Virus record (IMG/VR): IMGVR_UViG_3300025438_000100
Coordinates: 1 to 28,465 of that record
Direction: 5' to 3' (one strand)
DNA length: 28,465 bases
Source: a virus
Lineage: Duplodnaviria > Caudoviricetes
Below the pieces are notes generated by a model. That model worked only from the letters and a program-made list of their open reading frames with translations. It had not been told where the DNA came from and searched no databases. Of the stretch, positions 24,258 to 28,465 are shown one piece after another. The translations under genes were made by a program, and so were the position numbers. Position 1 is the first letter of the stretch. Every line of letters starts with the position of its first letter.

Positions 24258-27200
24258 ATGGCCGGAGTAATTACTAACCTAATTAAGACTAAGTTTACTA
24301 CAGAAGGTGCAAAACGTACTGAGCAGGCAACACAACGTGTGGGGCGTGCTCAGACTCGTTTAGGCCAGGCTAGTGCAGCTAGTGGTAGGCAGTTTGCTGC
24401 GCAGTCTGATGGTTTAGGTGGTTTAGTTGGTGCTTATGCGGGTGCTGCTGCTACCATCTTTGCGGTATCTGCTGCGTATGACGCTTTAGCACGAAGTGCT
24501 AGAGCTTCTCAAACTCTTGAAGGATTAACAGCTATTGCGGCAAACTCCGCAGTTGCTGGAGATGCTTTGCTTGCTAGTGTTAATAAAATTACTAAAGGAC
24601 AGCTAACTTTTGTTGAATCTGCGGAGCAAATTAACCTTTCTCTAAGTGCTGGTTTCGGCGCTGAACAAATCGAAGGTTTAGCTGGGGTAGCTATTAAAGC
24701 TTCTCGTGCACTTGGTAGAGATTTAAGTGACGCGATGACACGTGTTGTTCGTGGTTCTGCTAAAATGGAAGCAGAACTACTAGACGAATTAGGTATATAT
24801 ACTAAGATTGATCCAGCTACGCGCGCTTATGCTGCTGCTATTGGAAAAACTGTTGGAGAACTAACAGAATATGAAAGACGTCAAGGTTTTGTTAACGCTG
24901 TTATTACAGAAGGTGAGAAGAAGTTCTCATCTATCAATACTACGATACCTACTAGTTCACAGAAAATTGAAGCATTTAGTAAGACAATTCTAAATTTAAC
25001 TACTAATATGGGTATGCTTATTGCTGATGGTTTAGCTCCTTTAGCTAGTTTTCTAACTAATAACCTTTCTGCTACTCTAGGTACTGTAGCACTACTCGGT
25101 TCTTTAGTTTTAGGAAAAGGTATATCTGTACTAAAAGGTCAATTAGATAACTTCCAAGCTGCTGCTGAGAAAAAAGCTGCCAGCGTAAATAACGCTATTT
25201 TAGGTCTTAACAAAGGTGCTGTAGCACGAGTTGCTGAAGCTAATAAAGCGGTATCAGGAATTAATAAAAGCGCTTCTGGACTATCAGGTATTGGGCCTGA
25301 GCTAAAAGGCTTAGTTGACGTATCTCGTCAAAGAAACCTTTCTAATATAGAACTAAAAGAGAGTGGAAGACTTTTAGGAATAAGAGCTACCAATCTTGAT
25401 ACTAATATTACTAAAATGAAAGCTAATGTTGCTGCTCTAGAAGCACAAACAAAATCTAGTAAATTATCTTCTAAAGCTATGGATGCCAACTTAGAACAAA
25501 GAAATAGTATAAATAAGTCTATTGAGACTCAAAACGGTTTACTAGCACAGACTAAAACTCAGCTTAACGCTGTTAATACCGCTTCAAAAGGCGCTACAGT
25601 TGGTCTAGCTAAGTTTGCAGCCGCTGGAGTATTAAACATAGGTAAAGCTTTAGCTGGGATTGGTAGTATGGCTTTAGGGATAGTTTCTTTTGGGGCTGTA
25701 GCTCTTAGTGCTGTTGCTATTGGTGGTATTCTAGGTAGTACTTTCTTTAACCTAATTGGTAAATCTGAGGAATACGAAGCTACACTTAAAAAAGGGGGAA
25801 AAGCCCTTAAAAACTTATTTAACGATGCAGATAAGGGAAGAGACATATCTGTCCTACAAGGAGTTTCATCAAGAGCTATTTCTGAAATAGAAAGCACTAA
25901 TAAAGAGCTTAGAGAGCTTGATAGTTTTAAGTTTGAATCTAAGTTTATGCTTATAGATATAGAGATAGAAAAAACCAAAGAACAATTAGCTAATGAAGTT
26001 AATGAAGCTGTTGTATCTATTACGAATAACCGTGGTAATACTATGCTGCAAACGGCTGGTAGTGATATGGGTAAAATTTATGCTGGTGCACTAGCAGGCG
26101 CTGCGGCAGGAGCTCTTACGTTAGCTCTTCCAGGTGCTATAGCAGGAGCTCTTGTTGGGGCTGGCTTAGGAGCTACTTATAATATAAGATCTGCTATATC
26201 AATAGATTTAAGTGAATCAGACATGTCTGCTTTAAATGATCAATTAGGGGGTGCATTAGATGAGCTAGACGGTTTTGCCAAAGATACAGCTGCAAAACTG
26301 ATCACATCCTATAGAGAACAGTACGAGGAGTTAGCTAAAATAGATCCTCAAGTACGTTTAATGTTAGATACTATTACTGGTTTAGCTATTGAATCATCTA
26401 AGTGGTTAGAGTATTCTGATTCTATATACGATGTTATGCAAGCTACAGGACAAACAGCAGATAATATAACTAAAAACTTTACGTTTATAAACCAGCTTGA
26501 CGAAGCTAGAAAAATAGCAACAACTATAGCTGGTATTGATTTTTCAGTTATGAACGTTAATCCTATAAACCTCACTGAGGTACTTGACGCTGCTAGCATA
26601 GATCCTAATTTACGTAGCTTAAATAAACTTACCGTAGACTTAGAAGGCTCAAATGCTGTAAAAAGTATAATGGTAGAGTTGGAAACTAGTGCTAAATCTT
26701 TTAGAGATATTTTAGCAAATCTAGATTTGTCTCCTCATTTGAATGCTGCGTTTTTAGATGTAGGAGAAGAAGCTATTAAGGCTTATACAAGTACTAAAGA
26801 TTATGTAGATATTATAAACGTACTTAGTAGAGATTCTAACTCTCTTAATGGTGGCTTACTAAGAACTGCTGAAGTATTACGAGCATCAGATGAGGGTATA
26901 AGTAATAATGCTATAACAGTTGAGCAATTGTCTCAAAATATAGGTAACGCTTCTTCTAGTATAGATACTATGAAGGGCTCCTACGCTGAACTAGTTACCG
27001 AGCTTGGTATACTTACTAATATGAATACTACAGAGTTACCAGATGGAGTAGTAAACTCTATAGAAAATAGGATTCAAAGTCTACGCAACGCCTTGGGCGA
27101 AGCTACTAGTAGCTTAACAGCGCAGGTAAGATTAGTAGATGTACTAACTGACCAGCTTGAAGCTTATTCAAACAGAAAAGATATAGCTGATTTTGTAACT

Positions 27201-28465
27201 AGTATAACTCCTAAAGGAGTAACAGACTTCGATTTAGAACTACAGATTTCTACTGTAGGAGTAGATAATGAATTACTAGCGCAAATCGACTATCTTAATA
27301 ATATAGTTAGCGCAGGGGAACAGGCTACTCATCAGTTTGATGAAATGGCAGGAATGTTAAATAGGTTTGGTGATGGTAGTCTAAGTAACGACTTAGTAGC
27401 TAGTGTACTAGGTGCTACGTCAGCAGAAATAGGTGATTATAAGCAGCAGCTATTAGAAGCTGGTATGAGTGCTGAACAGTTTGCAGATATACAATCTTTA
27501 GCTGTTACTGAATCAATGCAACAACTTAAAACTGCTGCTGATCAAGCAGGGGAATCTATAGATAAGTTTATGGGTCAATTAGCATCTGAAGCTATAAAAG
27601 AAGCTGATAAATTGTTAAGAGAATATGCTACTACAATAAAAGATATAGACCTAGAAATAGCAGCTATTGAAACAAAAAGTGCTATTGCTACTATTAAATT
27701 TGAATTAGATAGCTCTCAAATAACTAGAGATATACAACTAGCTGTTCAAGAATTTGAATTAGATAATATTAAGCTTCAAATAGATTTAGTACAAGCTACA
27801 GAGGGTGCAGAGAATATAACTGCGATTGAAGCGGCTAAACAAGAAACGGCGCTCCAACAACAGCTATTAGATAAACGCGTAACTATAGCTTATCTAGAGT
27901 TTGAAAACGAGGTTAGGGCTATTGAGGCAAGAAATAAACTTCTTGTTGAAGATATGCGTATTAATAACGCTAAAATTGAAGCTGATGCACTACAACTTAA
28001 AATTAAGATTGCTTCTGACATTGAGAATATAGCTAACTTAAGTGACCTATACTCAGAGTATATATCATCTCAAGGTCAGGTAAATCAGTCTCTAGTAAAT
28101 GGTATGCTAGATGCTAGTGTATCTATGAATACCGCATTTGCGCAAACATTTAGTAGTGCAGCAAGCACTTTAAACCAAGCTATTATAGCTGGGTTTAAAC
28201 AAAATCCTTATGCTACTCCTGTAGTTGCTGGTACAACAGAACGTGTAGCAATAGACCCTATAGAGACTGCTTTTTCTGCCCTAGCTTATAGTGTAGGTGA
28301 AGCAGGGCGTAATACTATGGATAAAATAGACGATCGCTCAGAGGCGCAGATAAAGGCTGAAACAGCGAGAGTTAGTGAACAGCTAACATTAAATCAGCTA
28401 GAGATAGATGCATCAAAAATAAATCTAGAAAATAGATTAGCTAATTTAGCTCTCGATAGGCAGAT
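24258..28465 (+). CDS. tape measure protein (T5 pb2-like), 3'-truncated by window, about 1400 codons seen
   Basis: ATG 24258 right after the chaperone stop; MAGVITNLIKTKF...ALGRDLSDAMTRVVRGSAKMEAELLDELGI; Ala/Leu-rich; absence from the ORF track fits no stop in the window. Confidence 0.92.
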   Translation, partial: MAGVITNLIKTKFTTEGAKRTEQATQRVGRAQTRLGQASAASGRQFAAQSDGLGGLVGAYAGAAATIFAVSAAYDALARSARASQTLEGLTAIAANSAVAGDALLASVNKITKGQLTFVESAEQINLSLSAGFGAEQIEGLAGVAIKASRALGRDLSDAMTRVVRGSAKMEAELLDELGIYTKIDPATRAYAAAIGKTVGELTEYERRQGFVNAVITEGEKKFSSINTTIPTSSQKIEAFSKTILNLTTNMGMLIADGLAPLASFLTNNLSATLGTVALLGSLVLGKGISVLKGQLDNFQAAAEKKAASVNNAILGLNKGAVARVAEANKAVSGINKSASGLSGIGPELKGLVDVSRQRNLSNIELKESGRLLGIRATNLDTNITKMKANVAALEAQTKSSKLSSKAMDANLEQRNSINKSIETQNGLLAQTKTQLNAVNTASKGATVGLAKFAAAGVLNIGKALAGIGSMALGIVSFGAVALSAVAIGGILGSTFFNLIGKSEEYEATLKKGGKALKNLFNDADKGRDISVLQGVSSRAISEIESTNKELRELDSFKFESKFMLIDIEIEKTKEQLANEVNEAVVSITNNRGNTMLQTAGSDMGKIYAGALAGAAAGALTLALPGAIAGALVGAGLGATYNIRSAISIDLSESDMSALNDQLGGALDELDGFAKDTAAKLITSYREQYEELAKIDPQVRLMLDTITGLAIESSKWLEYSDSIYDVMQATGQTADNITKNFTFINQLDEARKIATTIAGIDFSVMNVNPINLTEVLDAASIDPNLRSLNKLTVDLEGSNAVKSIMVELETSAKSFRDILANLDLSPHLNAAFLDVGEEAIKAYTSTKDYVDIINVLSRDSNSLNGGLLRTAEVLRASDEGISNNAITVEQLSQNIGNASSSIDTMKGSYAELVTELGILTNMNTTELPDGVVNSIENRIQSLRNALGEATSSLTAQVRLVDVLTDQLEAYSNRKDIADFVTSITPKGVTDFDLELQISTVGVDNELLAQIDYLNNIVSAGEQATHQFDEMAGMLNRFGDGSLSNDLVASVLGATSAEIGDYKQQLLEAGMSAEQFADIQSLAVTESMQQLKTAADQAGESIDKFMGQLASEAIKEADKLLREYATTIKDIDLEIAAIETKSAIATIKFELDSSQITRDIQLAVQEFELDNIKLQIDLVQATEGAENITAIEAAKQETALQQQLLDKRVTIAYLEFENEVRAIEARNKLLVEDMRINNAKIEADALQLKIKIASDIENIANLSDLYSEYISSQGQVNQSLVNGMLDASVSMNTAFAQTFSSAASTLNQAIIAGFKQNPYATPVVAGTTERVAIDPIETAFSALAYSVGEAGRNTMDKIDDRSEAQIKAETARVSEQLTLNQLEIDASKINLENRLANLALDRQ

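Noticed and set aside
1-28465. tRNA, rRNA, integrase or IS elements
   Set aside because: None recognised by eye; tRNAscan-SE and Infernal were not run

Overview
A 28.5-kb piece of a lytic T5-like siphophage genome (Demerecviridae-like gene order). Regulatory motifs suggest an alphaproteobacterial host, but this is inferred. Bases 1-2200 are visibly GC-richer and look like a pre-early region: small ORFs, an HNH gene, a duplicated 204-bp divergent-promoter cassette and many GANTC/TGATTCG sites. Bases 2200-2870 are non-coding, with palindromes and an 11-bp-period GTTC array, and may be near a genome or terminal-repeat end. From 2879 an AT-rich late operon runs on +: extra tail-terminator paralog, TerS, a ~9.7-kb insert (1472-aa repeat fibre, fibre/tip/chaperone genes, PLA2-like protein, holin-like pair), TerL, HNH nickase, portal, a single protease-linker-capsid ORF with internal starts, head-completion protein with an inserted LamG domain, tail completion, tail terminator, tail tube, -1 frameshift chaperones and a tape measure gene running off the window. 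Homology calls come from motif recognition and synteny, not from database searches.
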